Shown here piece by piece: positions 44,335-57,647 of a DNA stretch of 64,000 nt. The translations under genes and the position numbers were made by a program. The notes under the pieces were generated by a model. That model worked only from the letters and a program-made list of their open reading frames with translations, did no database searches and was not told where the DNA came from. This DNA is from Octopus sinensis (taxonomy: Eukaryota): positions 36,642,001-36,706,000 of the forward strand of contig NC_043014.1 of NCBI RefSeq assembly GCF_006345805.1, in the 5' to 3' direction. The first letter of the stretch is position 1, and every line of letters starts with the position of its first letter.

Positions 44335-44712
44335 AGTGTTGTTGTTGTTATTATTTGTCTTTGCACACTTCTAACGCTAGCACTTCACTACCAGTGCACT
44401 AAGGTAACACCCCTTATTTTTCGAGTACCATCCGGACTATTCGAGCGGTTCCAAGTAGTGGTGTTTTTTGAAAGTGCTCCACACTTATTGCAGCCCCAAT
44501 TTGTCCCAAGTACTTCTCAAGATTTTTACTCACTGTTCCCAGGTCATCTTTTTCAGCGACCACAATTACTTCACCTCCCAAGCTAACCTGTCATATCTAT
44601 CGACTTTTCTTTGTTCCTTATCGCATACCTTGTCAGCTGGGCATGCTATATTTATGATCCAGCATCGTTTGTTTTCTGTCTTAACACTATGTCTGATTTC
44701 CTATTCGCTATC
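44335..44712 (-). mobile_element. R4/Dong 3' end inserted in a (TAA)n microsatellite
   Basis: Degenerate endonuclease C-terminus (EHFQKTPLLGTARIVRMVLE). (ATT)n arrays on both sides, 44235-44330 and 44715-44810. Confidence 0.75.
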
Positions 44713-44758
44713 TCTATAATTATTATTATTGTTGTTGTTGTTGTTGTTATCATCATCA

Positions 44759-44802
<44 letters not shown>

Positions 44803-44877
44803 TTGTTATCGATGAAGATTATGATGATGATGATGCTTTTATTATTATCAACATTTTTATTATTATCAGTAAAGGCA

Positions 44878-45160
44878 TGTCGGTTAGGGTATTCGACTTA
44901 TGATCGGGAACACGTCGTGTCCTTCCGCAAGACACTTTATTTGATGTTGCTCCAGTCCACTCAGCTGGCAAAAGTGAGCAGTACCTGTATTTCAAAAGGC
45001 CAGCCTTGTCACACTCTGTGTCACGCTGAATCTCCCTCTGCACTACGTTATGGATACACGTGTTTGCGCAGTGCTCAGTTACTTGCACGTTAATTTAACG
45101 AGCAGGCTGTTCCGTTGATCGGATCAAATGGAACCCTCGTCATAGTAATCGACTGTGCTA
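44878..45160 (+). mobile_element. Third SINE-like repeat (partial minus-strand copy at about 42430-42545)
   Basis: Shared gtgtcacgctgaatctccc...agtgctcag..acttgcacgttaat...cgagcag between the two loci. Confidence 0.5.
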
Positions 45161-46086
45161 CTTTATTATTATCATGTGTCGGGTATTTGTAGAATTTTTC
45201 TTGATCCCGATACATACAGCCGTGTTAATGTCGTTTCCATGAAAATAAAATTTTTAACGTTCGCTGATTCTCACTGGATTTCAAAGTACTGCTTGCAACA
45301 AGATATTTTGTTTGTTCAGGATAAAGTAGAAACTTTCTTCCAGGAGATTGAGATCAAAATGACGAAATTAATTGTGCCCAATCTCTTTCTTGTAACAGGA
45401 AAGAATTCAATTACAAAATTGCTATTTAGAGTGTCGAAATATACGTAAAACTTCAAGGGACGTCCGAAATAATTCAAATGGTTCTCACTCACTGCTTGTC
45501 ATCCAGCTTCTGAACAGAATAAATATAATTCTCAAAGCATACCCGGCTGCTTTGCTTTCTATATTTCGACTTTTATTGTAATATTTCTTATTCAAGGTTA
45601 CACTCGTTACGAATGGATAGTGAAACTATTTCATCACTATACATTGGGCTCTACGCCAAATCAATTCATTAATTATTCAGTTTAAAAACGAAATAGTTTA
45701 TTCCCAACCAATTTCATCAGATCCTAAATTTATTATGACAGATTCGAGATATATATACAGTAGATAAGGTGGTGTTGCATAGTTTCAGATTTATAACGGT
45801 AGTTTTCCTGTTAAGACATTTCAGTAGACTAAGATTATAGATTACCTACATATGAATTTTTGACGAGAATTGTTGATAGCAACGTAGTTCATTAATTAAT
45901 TAGGTGATTAAGTGTGAAAAACAAATATATAGTGGTGAAATGCCCCAAAAGCCATTCGAGACTATCGAAATCTTGAATGAAGTTACATAACAACATCTCC
46001 GTTTTTGCATCTAATAGATAGATGGGTAGATAGATAGATAGGTAGATAGATAGATAAATAGATAGATAGATAGATAGATAGATAGT

Positions 46087-46162
<76 letters not shown>

Positions 46163-46606
46163 TAGATAAATAGATAGATAGATACATACATACATACATA
46201 CATACATACATACATACATACATACATACATACATACATACATACATACATACATACATACAATCGGGCATTTTTAATACTGAAAAACAAAAGGCAATAA
46301 CTGTTGAACAACGAACTCACTACACAGTATAGATAGAATATTTATTTATTACAAAAGAATTTGAGTTTATTTCGGAGTTTCTCAAAAGATGTTTATCAAA
46401 TAGCAATCTGTAAAAATAAAGAATTACCGACATATAGAGAAACTATACTTAAAAAGGTTAAAAAGGTAACATATACAAACAGATGATAATATTTAACTTT
46501 TATAGAAACATTCACACACATGTACATGAACGAAACTATTTATACGTCCGTGTGTGTGTATATAGATATACATACATACATACATGTATACATATCTATC
46601 TATCTA

Positions 46607-46650
<44 letters not shown>

Positions 46651-46656
<6 letters not shown>

Positions 46657-47512
46657 CGTTTTTTTAGTGCTTTCAAATCAAAATTAAGAAATATTGAGCT
46701 GACGAAAGAAATGTCGAGTTTTAATTCGACTAATCTAGAAACGTGAGCGTTCTCAAATAATCTTTGTACATGTGATTTTTTGCTGTTTTCCCTCCATATC
46801 TACGTGAATTATTTTTGAGTAAACACTATCTGGGAGACTTTTCTTAAAGTAGTAGAAATGGCTAAAAAAACTTTTTGGCTGCTATTTCTAAAAATTTCAG
46901 TATGTGGCAAAGTAAATTATTTTACTGAGCCCTAATTATATAACGTAATATTTTGAATAAGCCTTGAATGGTCCTTTTACATACTGAACACTACTTGGTG
47001 AAATTAATTAATAATTAATTGATTTCACCCTTAATTATTGATAATACAATTCCTTTCTCCCTGTTCTTTTGCTGCGGTTCTCACCGTTATAATCTGTTTA
47101 CTCTATAACTCACGTGGATGGAAGCGGGAAGAACATGAATCTTCACTCGTACTGTTTGAGTTTGCTGGCACTGGCAGTTTGGAGATGTTTGTCTGAGGTG
47201 ATTCATGTCGGACGGGTATGTTCGGTTTTTTAGTGCTTTCAAATCCAAATTAAGAAATGTTTTGCTGACAAAAGAAATGTCGAGTTTTAATTCGACTAAT
47301 CTAGAAACGTGAGCGTTCTCAAATAATCTTTGTACATGTGATTTTTTGCTGTTTTCCCTCCATATCTACGTGAATTATTTTTGAGTAATCACTATCTGGG
47401 AGACTTTTCTTAAAGTAGTAGAAATGGCTAAAAAAACTTTTTGGCTGCTATTTCTAAAAATTTCAGTATGTGGCAAAGTAAATTATTTTACTGAGCCCTA
47501 ATTATATAACGT
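46651..47512. repeat. Near-identical 296-bp direct repeat (46651-46946 and 47217-47512)
   Basis: Only a handful of substitutions by eye; 270-bp unique spacer. Confidence 0.88.
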
Positions 47513-47829
47513 TATATATATATATGTAGCGGGTATGATTCTTGGCCACTACTTCTGGTCTGATCTGAGGGTAGCCCTTAAAAGGACTGTTATCGCAATT
47601 AGATCCGATCCAAGAATAGTCCTAAAAAGGACTGTTATCGCATTGGAACCAAACTTGTATGAGGTGCTCAATAAGGAGGAATTTGGTTGTAATAGGGGAT
47701 TATTATATTTCATCTTTCAACAGACACTATAGGCTCTCAAATGGATTCGTGTCAGGTAATTTCATACTATTCCCGTACTTCATACCATTCCCACACTTGT
47801 GGTATTAGTCTATGGTAGTATGTTAACAG

Positions 47830-49050
47830 CATTTTCGGCGAACCATGTCTTTACCGATTTTGCTGTATGACATGGTGCTGAGTCCTAATTGGAATATCCA
47901 AGGTCTGTCTTCATACCAGTCCAGTAAATATGGTAATAGCCTACTTCTAATTATCTCTGAGTACTTTCTTGGTTCATAGAACCTTCAATTATTTTCAGGC
48001 GACTAGTTCCATGTGCAGAAATTGTCTCCCAAACCAAAATCTTCTGTGGAAATTTTAGTGTTTTTCGAAGACAGCCCGGACGAATTTCCACACCAAGCCT
48101 CGTTATCAAACTTTACACACAATCAACGAGCACTGCTATGATTGATTCATTCGAAAACACCACCAGCAACAATTGAAAACCATATCTGATTAATAAGAGG
48201 TACAGAATAAATTACTGTTTTAGTCTATGACCATTAAAAATTAATAGCTATTTTTAAATAAACCTATATAAAGATGGTTTCATGACTGGAATCAATGGTA
48301 ACATCGTATTTTATCAATAATATAATTTATCATGGATACAATACATAAAGACTCTAATCCACTATTTTAGATAGTCTTACCTGCTCTCATTGCTCAGAAG
48401 TCCATGCAATATGATTTATAGCCCATGCATGTTTTTTTTTTCCCTTGGATGATATGTGTGGAATCCACCTTCCGAAAGTCTGTTGTTAATCGTTCTTCGA
48501 TGCACAGTGAGGTTCTTTTCCATTAATTCGCGGAAAATCTTACTACAAGATGCTCTTCTATTATTGAGAAAAATTCTCTTTATTTTTATATCAATTCTAG
48601 GGGTAACCACAGTTACCGACTCTTGTTGCTATCAAATCCTCGTTCGTTTCCATTTTTTTTTTCTTAATTGCTCTAATTGACTGAGTTGAAACATTTAGTT
48701 TCTTTGCAATTTCTCTCTGTTTGACTGAGACATCCCTCAAATACACTTCTGTTAGTCCAATTTTATGGGGACTAAGATCTCTTTGTTTACCCATCTCGGC
48801 CTAGAATTGAAGTAACACGTTGTTTACACTTTAAGTGCAACTTACTACATGAAGTTGTAACTAATAAATTACAGAGTAACTAAAACAATCATTAGAACAC
48901 TAACAAGCATCCTACACCGACCACTAATCGACTAAAACTGAAGGAAACGTGGGCTGCAGCAGCTGGACTGCAGCAGCTGGGCTGCATAATGCAATTTAGT
49001 GTTGTCATACAACAGAAGCTCATTATTGCCAGGTGTCACTAGAAACCCGT
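47830..49050 (-). mobile_element. Tc1 transposase remnant
   Basis: MGKQRDLSPHKI..QREIAKKLNVS, VTPRID..TVHRRTINNRLSEGG and KFPQKILVW.TISAHGTSRL..IEGSMNQEKY. Confidence 0.8.
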
Positions 49051-50939
49051 ATAAGACATAGCTAAAATCCAAGTCACAGAATATACAGTCATAATTACGT
49101 GAAAATTAATATGATTTGAACTCATTTATCTCATTTAAATAACCAAACAGGCAAAATATATAGTGTTTTCTAAAAATCCATAATAATGTTTCCAGTACTG
49201 TATATTATTGATATGATATATTATTATAGTTATTACTAGCAGTATAGCCCGGGATTAAGTTAGGATTATTAAGCTGATCTAGTTTTTATATTTCAAACTA
49301 AAGTAAGTAACATCGACGTCAAATTTGGGCGAAATCCGTTGTAATTGGTAAACTTTTGGCTGAAAATGAGTTGCAGATAACTTGATTGAGAAATTAGTTG
49401 ATTAGGAATTAGTTTATCGATTTTTTCCACTCATCGATTTCTTTTTCGTTTTTGAAGAGCTTAAAGCATTCAAAGATCCCATGAGTCCTAAGTAATGCTG
49501 GCATCAAGTTTGAACAAAATACATCAAAATTGGTAAAAGTTATGGTTGAGAATGAGGTGTAGCCAATTTTATTGGGAAATCCTATAAGGAATCGGTTTAT
49601 CGATTTTTATTTTATTTTGATTAAATAGAAAACTCCATAAGAAATCAGTTTATTGATTTTTCACCCCACATAGGCCTTAACCGAACACATTGCTGATTCA
49701 AAAACATCTATATTTATACTTTAAAGTTGGTTTTCACATCCAGCCCAGTTCTGCAGAATCAGTGTATCGACTGGGGCGCATGGGTTGGGTGTTTGGTCGG
49801 AAAAGATGATCAGGTTGCATGGGCTGGGGACCCTTCCAGCAAGGAAAATAGAATGCCCAAAAGGGTTCCCGATCCTCTCTATCAGAAGCGGTTATGTTCA
49901 GACCGCAACTAAGTCTTAAGTATATATATATATGGGCAACACACACATTCACGTACGTACGTACACCTATTGCATACATGTTTTTTTACGAATACATGTA
50001 TACGTATGTGTTTGGTGGGGTTGCCCTTATATCAACAAAACACTTTTTTCCTCGATGGAAAAAAATAAGCAACAAAAGTCTTAACAAAAACTTACTCGTC
50101 ACTAGAAGGGGACATAACTCCTGTTTGTAAACAATGGTGATTTCTACGACTTTTAAATTGTTAAAAGTTTTGGTTGATAATTTGATTTTAGTGGTATTCG
50201 CTGGTGCCTCTCGGAAAAATAAGTAGACGAAAACACAGCTAGGTCTCATCCTATGTTAAATGCATCCGGAAACAGCTGTTGGGCTTATGATACATTTATT
50301 CCACTTCTCCAAATTTCTCTGTGTAACTTGGACTTGTTTATATATATATAAGTTTGCATATTGGAAGCCTATTAGGTAGTTTCACTAGTATAAACAAGCT
50401 TCATACTAAACTGAAATGTTTAACAGCATTAGAACTGTTCTTGACGCCGGGCCCTGTGAAATGCTGCTTGTAGGTTACATACACATACACACATACACAC
50501 ATGTACACACACCTGTAAAAATACATTCACACACACAAGCACACACGCACACACACACAAGCAGAAACAAACACATATATACTCGAATATATATATAATT
50601 TGGCAAGAAGTAGTACATTATTTTTCTAAATTTCTCTGTCGTTTGTACTCTGTGTAAGTTGGACTTGTAAGTTGGACTTTGTTTGGAAATATTTGACGTG
50701 CTCGTCGCAATCTGTCAAAAGTGGATCCTTGATAAAAGCTAAAAATGTGCAGCTCCTGTTCATTGATCTGTTTTCACTCAATGTGTTTCAGAGATTGAGC
50801 CCTGGTAAAAAAAAATGCATTCTTATTGATACGCCTGAGAAAATTCGGAAATATTGCTCTTACTACAAGCACGTTGAATGCGATGTCTTTTCTGTTCACC
50901 TCTTCTTTCGAAACTACACCTCTGGTCTACTGCGTATAT

Positions 50940-51034
<95 letters not shown>

Positions 51035-52079
51035 AACCGCATCTGTGAAAATAAATATGAAAGACAATACAAAGCGAGTTAGCTACGTTACATTGAAAAT
51101 GAAAAATTGACCATTAACAAGGACTAAAAATATTAGCAGTTGTTTGCCGACTGACATTGAATAGTGATTCCTGTAGAGTCTCCAGCTGAGAAATGTATGT
51201 AATTAATGCTACTACATAGACTCCTCAGTTAAAGTTGACCATGTGTCAGCTGGTGGAGCAAACAAACATCTTGCAATGCAAAATATTTGATGTTGTATTG
51301 ATAAACTTCGTCAGATACTCTTTTGGATGCAAGGATGGTGAGGTAATGAGGGATTGAAACCTTAGATCTCTTCTTCAATATGCACTAAACACGTGTCTAT
51401 AGGAAGTGTATCAACATCTGAGGGAGGGAGTGAGCTTATGCCTACACAAACATTTGATCACTATAAACAAATCATCGGTATGGTTGTTCGGTAAGAAATT
51501 GTCAAATCCGCATCCGTCGTCTTTCAAGACTTCTTCCTTAAGCTTCCTGAGTTAAAGGTCAAAGTAGGTGTCATTTGTTGAATTACAGATAAAAAAAGAA
51601 ATCCCCCAAATTAGAAAGCAGCTTGCGACAGTAGTGATTCCTAGTTAATCACATGGTAGAAAATTAAGCAGTTTTGGTTGAGACTTTGGTGAGGCATTGC
51701 ACTAAAATAGGCTGCAAAAATTCCGTGACGCTCATCTTGATAACTTTCTGGAGAAAACGAAGAAGTATCCAGACAAGCTAAGCGAAAGCTTCAAACATAA
51801 TATACAGTATTTGAACGTCGCTACCAAGGAGTGAATAACGAAATATGGTAGCATGCTTTATTTAAGGGGCTGATACATGAAAATGATATACATTGCAATC
51901 GTCAATTGTATAAACAGAAATTTACTAAATTCTTAACTTTGGCCTTAATTGTTGTATAAGCTAAATGTAAATGCATATCAAACTTGATTTACGTTGTTTT
52001 TGTGTGACCTCAAGTAAATAAAGACTTGCGCATTTCTTTATCTGAGATAGTGACGTATCAAAAATATCACTATCCAGGT

Positions 52080-52256
52080 CAGTGGTTCCCAACCTGAGGT
52101 CCGTAAAGGTAGTATTGGGGTCCGTGAACTAAATTCAAGATTTCCTATATATACATAAGGGTAAGTATATTAAAAGGGGTCCGTGGAAAACCTCATTTAA
52201 ATGAACGGGTTGGGAACCACTGTTGAGAACCACAGTGAAAAGGTTTGGAATCACTG
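52080..52256. mobile_element. hAT/Charlie-like MITE
   Basis: TIR cagtggttcccaacc, a perfect partner ending at 52222 and a degenerate partner ending at 52256. Imperfect 8-bp flanks atccaggt/atccatat. Confidence 0.6.
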
Positions 52257-54786
52257 ATCCATATTACAAAGTATGTTTCGGAGGAAATATCAGTCATTTT
52301 TAATTTTCAACAGGAGAAAACAAAACATCCTAGGTCAGCTGCGACTGCATATTAGACTAATGATGAAAGGCCACTATTTTGGCTTGTTTTTTTTATGTAC
52401 GATAGTATATTTCCTTTTTAAGATGTATAAATGTGTGATTTGATGGAAATTTTGCTGATATATTCAGCATGCCGAGTGACTCCAAACAATTTATTGTGTT
52501 AGTGATGTGGTCCGCTAAAGATGATAATGATAATAATAATAATGTTTTATTGACCACAGGGACCCAAATGTATTGATATATGGACTTAATAAAATAAATA
52601 CCAAAGCGGAAAGAGGTTTATATCAAAGTAAAAGGGCGAGATCAACAAAAACAATAAAGAAATATTGAACACAGAATAGTGCGTTCTTTACCTTCAAGAA
52701 ACCTCTAATATGAGATGGTGGTGCATAACAGCACTCGTATTTATATCTTTAACAGACGATTACCGTCTACTACGGCTACTGGAACTGCCAGATCACGTGG
52801 TTAGCTTAGTGACAGACATCTAGTAGAAACGTAACAGCCGAATCTCCCGTTGAATAAAAGCATTTATCCAAGCACTAAATAGATGAGAATCGTCTGCTAC
52901 GGCCGACTGAACTGCCAGGTCGCGTGACTGCACCCTCTGTGCTTAATAAACCCACTGGCTATATCAGTGCCTGAATAGACATTGATATTTTATAAATCAT
53001 TGACTGGAGAATCAGCTGTTATGTCGCTGATATATATATATATATATATATATATAATTCGATTAGAGGTTGTGTTAACCTCACGAAGGGATGGTTTCAT
53101 CCAAGGAAATACTGGTTCAATACTTAGTATTTTGGGGGAATGAATTTCCTTAAAATAATAGGTATATATAAAAATATATTTTTTATATTCATTTCAAAGA
53201 AAAGAAAATAGACTGGAAAGTTAATAATAAACAATTATTAACTGCCCAATTTCTGTTTGCTTTTTCTTCTCATATATTTATATATATACACACAAGTAAA
53301 ATTCTATGATAATCACTTGTCAGTTTTACAATTCTAGCGTAGTTTATAGTGATTAATTGTTTCTCATCCACGTTATTCACTTTCAGCAAGGGGATCTGAA
53401 ACATTTGTAGGTAATGTTACAAGCTGTTACAAGCTGTTGACATCTCAAGGTGATTTTACCATTCGTTTTGTGATGTATCATGCATAAAATAATTCATGGA
53501 GACTCCTTCAGCGTCCACACTTGTCAAATTCATGCAAGTTAAAACAAAGGGAGGTAGCTATGTAACGTTGTTTATTAGTGATGTTTATTAGTGATTCCTG
53601 TCGAGTCTTCAAATGAGGAATACGTATATGTTATTATCCGATAGACTCCTCAGTTAAAGTTAACTTTATATCAGCTGGTGCAGTAAGCAAATATTATACA
53701 ATAAAACGAAATGGAGAAATTACCCAAATATAGAGAAATTAAATGATAGGCAGAAACAATCCTTATAATAATAGATGTCTTGGGAATAATTTTAAAAGAT
53801 ACGTCAAAAACATAGGCCAAACTCCAACTTACACAACATACAGGAAATACTCAGGGGCGCTTACTTAAAGAAAACTTAGTAGTAATGGCAATTCAAGATA
53901 TAATTAAAGATAAAATCCTTTTGTTGTCAGGATAAAGAAGTTACTGCTAAAGGAAGCTAGAAAGAGAGACAACTTCGCATTTTGATTACATTAATTAGAC
54001 GTAGACTGTAGTACCGTCTGTGTTTGGTCTTAATTTGAACAGGAATACCGGCAAAACTTTTTCCTTTTTATTAGAGGCAATCTACGAATCTTAAGCTAAT
54101 TGTAACTGATAATTATGTGATGACGAGAAGATATAGAGCTGCATGCAAAGTTAATAGTTGTTTGGTTGCTATAACCCAAGAAATTTTATTAATACAGTTG
54201 CATTTTTATTGATGAGAACACACTTTATGTAAATTACTGACTCCGGTCTGAAGTTGGGGAGATAATCTCGGAAATATTTAACAGCTGTATGGTAACTACT
54301 CAGGGCATGCTTTAATCTTATCCCTAAACCTTATCCTTAAAATATAATCTAACAGAGACTGCAAAATGATAAAAATTTGTCCGAATTTAGCCATTCACAT
54401 AAAGATTTGTTCTTAACATAAAATTGTTTAATTTTGACTAATTAAAATTTCTTTTCTTTCCAGAGTAATTATGCTTAGGTCTACTTTACTCCATAGAAAA
54501 TAGAACAACTATATATTATACACCATACACGAAGTATTTGAAATGAAATATAGTATAGAAAACCAAAGAACTTTGTCAAGTGCAAAATATTTCACATATG
54601 AAAGTCCACAAATCTGTGCTCGATAGTGCAGTAGGAATACATAATAGAAATAATACTGCTGAGAATTAATACTTATGGAGCTGAATCAGTGAAAAAACCG
54701 CGTAACACAAACCTTTAAAAGTCTTCGAGGATGAATCCCCTTTGAATGTTTTACATAAGCAGGTTGCTTCACCATTACAGTTGGTA

Positions 54787-55085
54787 TTCATTTTGCTGTT
54801 GACCATACACATGTTGGTCTACTGCTGTTTTTTAAGATGTTGGGCTGGTAACTTCTTCTAGGTAAGCATTGGTCTTGGTCTCGGGCTGTTTCTGATTTTA
54901 AGACACTAACCATTGATGACAAAGGGCTTTGTCAATATCAGCATTATTAGCACTCTTTGGATATTTGCCATGGAGAGGTTTTTCTTGCCGTTTGTAAGTA
55001 AGAATATCATAAAGCTGTAGTTTTAGCAAGTGTTTGCATAGTCTTAGCTTTATCTGTAGTCTTTGTAATATGGAAAGATGATTCA
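54787..55085 (-). mobile_element. R4/Dong fragment fused to the gene C V-exon remnant
   Basis: QEKPLHGKYP...ALCHQWL and QDQCLPRRSYQPNILKNSSRPTC..QQQNE. Confidence 0.75.
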
Positions 55086-55099
55086 TCTGGAAAAGTTCC

Positions 55100-55320
55100 T
55101 TGGACGCTGCTATATGTCTAAATTCAAGAACTGAACTTTTGGATCATGTCCATATGTGACAAAATACCTAATACGGTTTGGGCCCTGCGAAACACCCGCA
55201 TCCAACTACCAATGAGAGACACCTTGCCCTCCAACAAGCCCGCTGGCAGTCACTGACCAGACGCGCATACTTGGAGAACTTACTCTGCAAAGCTTCTTCC
55301 AGGTGATCTTTGATAATTTT
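55100..55320 (-). mobile_element. HERO/NeSL-type restriction-like endonuclease fragment
   Basis: LEEALQSKFSKYARLVSDCQRACWRARCLSLVVGCGCFAG resembles the EEAHERK..KY..L..C...GW...EVGCRGF motif. Confidence 0.55.
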
Positions 55321-55506
55321 GGAATGATATAAAGTTGTTTTGACAGATTGGAGTATTTATTCGTTATACCTTTCAACTTATTTCTCTTTTCGCCTCGATA
55401 TCACCTGAACACCTCCAGTTGCAGTCCTATTTTTATTTTTGCTCTTCGATTTAAAGAAATTGCCTTTTGGTTTCATGAAGTTATAAAATTATCCTCTTAT
55501 ATATAA

Positions 55507-55566
<60 letters not shown>

Positions 55567-55622
55567 TATATATATATATATATACATACATATATACATA
55601 TATATATATACATATATATATG

Positions 55623-55653
<31 letters not shown>

Positions 55654-55664
55654 GTATATATATG

Positions 55665-55771
<107 letters not shown>

Positions 55772-55863
55772 ATAATAAAAATTAGGGAATAAATCCAAAC
55801 TTACAGGGAAAAATCAGATTTAGGATTGAATCCAATTTTATAGTAAAATATTATATTATATTA

Positions 55864-56190
55864 AATTAGAGACAAAACCACTATTATGCAAATCAAACAA
55901 AGAAAGACTTAAGCCAATACATAAATTAATTTATATTATTTAGAAATGTAACAATTATTAATATCCACTACGATCGTTTCGTGTCTTCAGTCATCAAATC
56001 TATGAGTATTGAGTCTGATTCTGAAACCACCTGATGAATGTCTACTACTCATAGATTTGATGACTGAAGACACGAAACGATCGTAGTGGATATTAATAAT
56101 TGTTACATTTCTAAATAATATAAATTAATTTATGTATTGGCTTAAGTCTTTCTTTGTTTGATTTGCATAATAGTGGTTTTGTCTCTAATT
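55864..56190. repeat. Inverted repeat, 145-bp arms with a 37-bp spacer
   Basis: 55864-56008 reads as the reverse complement of 56046-56190, with no mismatch seen by eye. Confidence 0.92.
56027..56089 (+). ncRNA. Minimal type I hammerhead ribozyme motif (Penelope-like element type)
   Basis: CCAC-CTGATGA-(a)tgtct...agaca(c)-GAAA-CGATCG-TA-GTGG: stem I CCAC/GTGG, intact core, palindromic stem III, GUA cleavage site at 56083-56085. The stem II closing pair is A-C. Confidence 0.6.
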
Positions 56191-56207
56191 AATAAAATAT
56201 ATATATT

Positions 56208-56303
<96 letters not shown>

Positions 56304-56544
56304 GTCTAAATAAGAGAAAAGATATAGTCAATCGGAGAATACCTAAAAACTGCTTCCTAGATGGAAGCTGCAATAAGTAAAATAAGGCAATTATTGTAAA
56401 TATTATTTTGTACTGTTATTCTCTAATTATCCATAGAAAATAGTAGTGGCGTATGTCCCAAAATGAAAATAGTTTCTACATTATTGTTGTTGTTATTGTT
56501 GATGTTTCGTTGTTATTGCTGTAATTTTTTGTGTTGGTTTTATC

Positions 56545-57647
56545 ATTGGGGATTTTTAGGGGGATGTACCTCTGAAAAACCTAAACCTTGTGTATAATAC
56601 GCACTCCTCTTACTTGAGTCAAGGAGGTCTACATAATGTCCTTGGTTTCTAAAAATGTATACGGTAGCGTTCTTTATTATTATTGTATATATAACATAAT
56701 GCAAACGTGTAGCTTTTTTGTACATTTTGCTTGCAGAAAATAAAGAAATAACAGTAATAACGTCAGTGAAAAATAAAATATTTATCACTATTAGTTACAA
56801 AAGCAAAAGCAAAGACATTTATTCAAATCCTTCAAATTCAACGTCACTTTCAGCATCAAATAACTGTTCCATTTGTTCCTCCGTAAATAGATCAGCATCA
56901 TTGCATTGTAAATCTCCGTCATCGGCAGATTCATAGTCAAAATCAGAAGATTCACTTTCATTTATTTCATCTTTCCATACAACGTCATCCTGAGTACCAT
57001 CCAGTGCAGATGATATACAACATCTGATAAAACGTTTCACAATAATCTGGGGCTCAAGTTCATTCTATGCATACACGATCCATTTGCATATCAAAGTCAG
57101 GTCGGGAGAGCGAACCATTCCACCTTTAGTGAACGACTTTATGCCTTGACAAAGTTACTGGCCAAGCCACGTGATGCTTTAAATTCTGACTCATTAAGTT
57201 TTATCTTTTTAGCAATGAGTTTTGCCTGTAGCCTCAAATGAACTGTATTAATGGCTATTCCACCAAGTCTTCTTTCCTCTACCCATTCAAGCAAACTTTT
57301 TTCAAGCTCAAGATGTTTGGATTTTCCCCCCTTTTTGCCTTCTTTATCTTTGGCATCTGTTTAATTTCATCTTTATTTCTTCTCCATAACCTGACACTGC
57401 TTTCGCCAACATCAAATTTTCTTCTGGCGGCCCTATTACCATGCTCTTCAGCATATGATATAACTTCGAGTTAAACATAGCTGAATAAGATCTACGAAGC
57501 ATTTTATGGATATGTAATATATAAAATGTTTTATTGGAGTATAATGTGCAGGTTTAAGTCCCGCTTATAAAAACTCTAGTAAAGGCCCACAGTAGTTCAA
57601 ACATTTAATACTGGTATTTAATAAAGTATCTATAGTTTGCTACGGTA
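56545..57647 (-). mobile_element. Internally deleted pogo-family transposon
   Basis: 5' end TACCGTA; YAEEHGNRAARRKFDVGES (Brinker-type DNA-binding domain); LEKSLLEWVEERR..G.AI...L (CENP-B HTH); CCISSALDGTQDD..W and an acidic tail SDVEFEGF. DDE core absent. Confidence 0.8.

Larger units (their letters stand above)
46340..54786 (-). pseudogene. Gene C: disrupted paralog (3' remnant of the V exon at 54713-54786; terminal exon at 46340-46407)
   Basis: Remnant reads ...CNGEATCLCKTFKGDSSSKTFK G|gtttgt, matching the V-exon ends of A and B. The following intron (54590-54712) aligns with gene A 13965-14090. The 5' part of the exon is replaced by an R4-type fragment. No signal-peptide or C2 exon was found. 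Confidence 0.65.
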
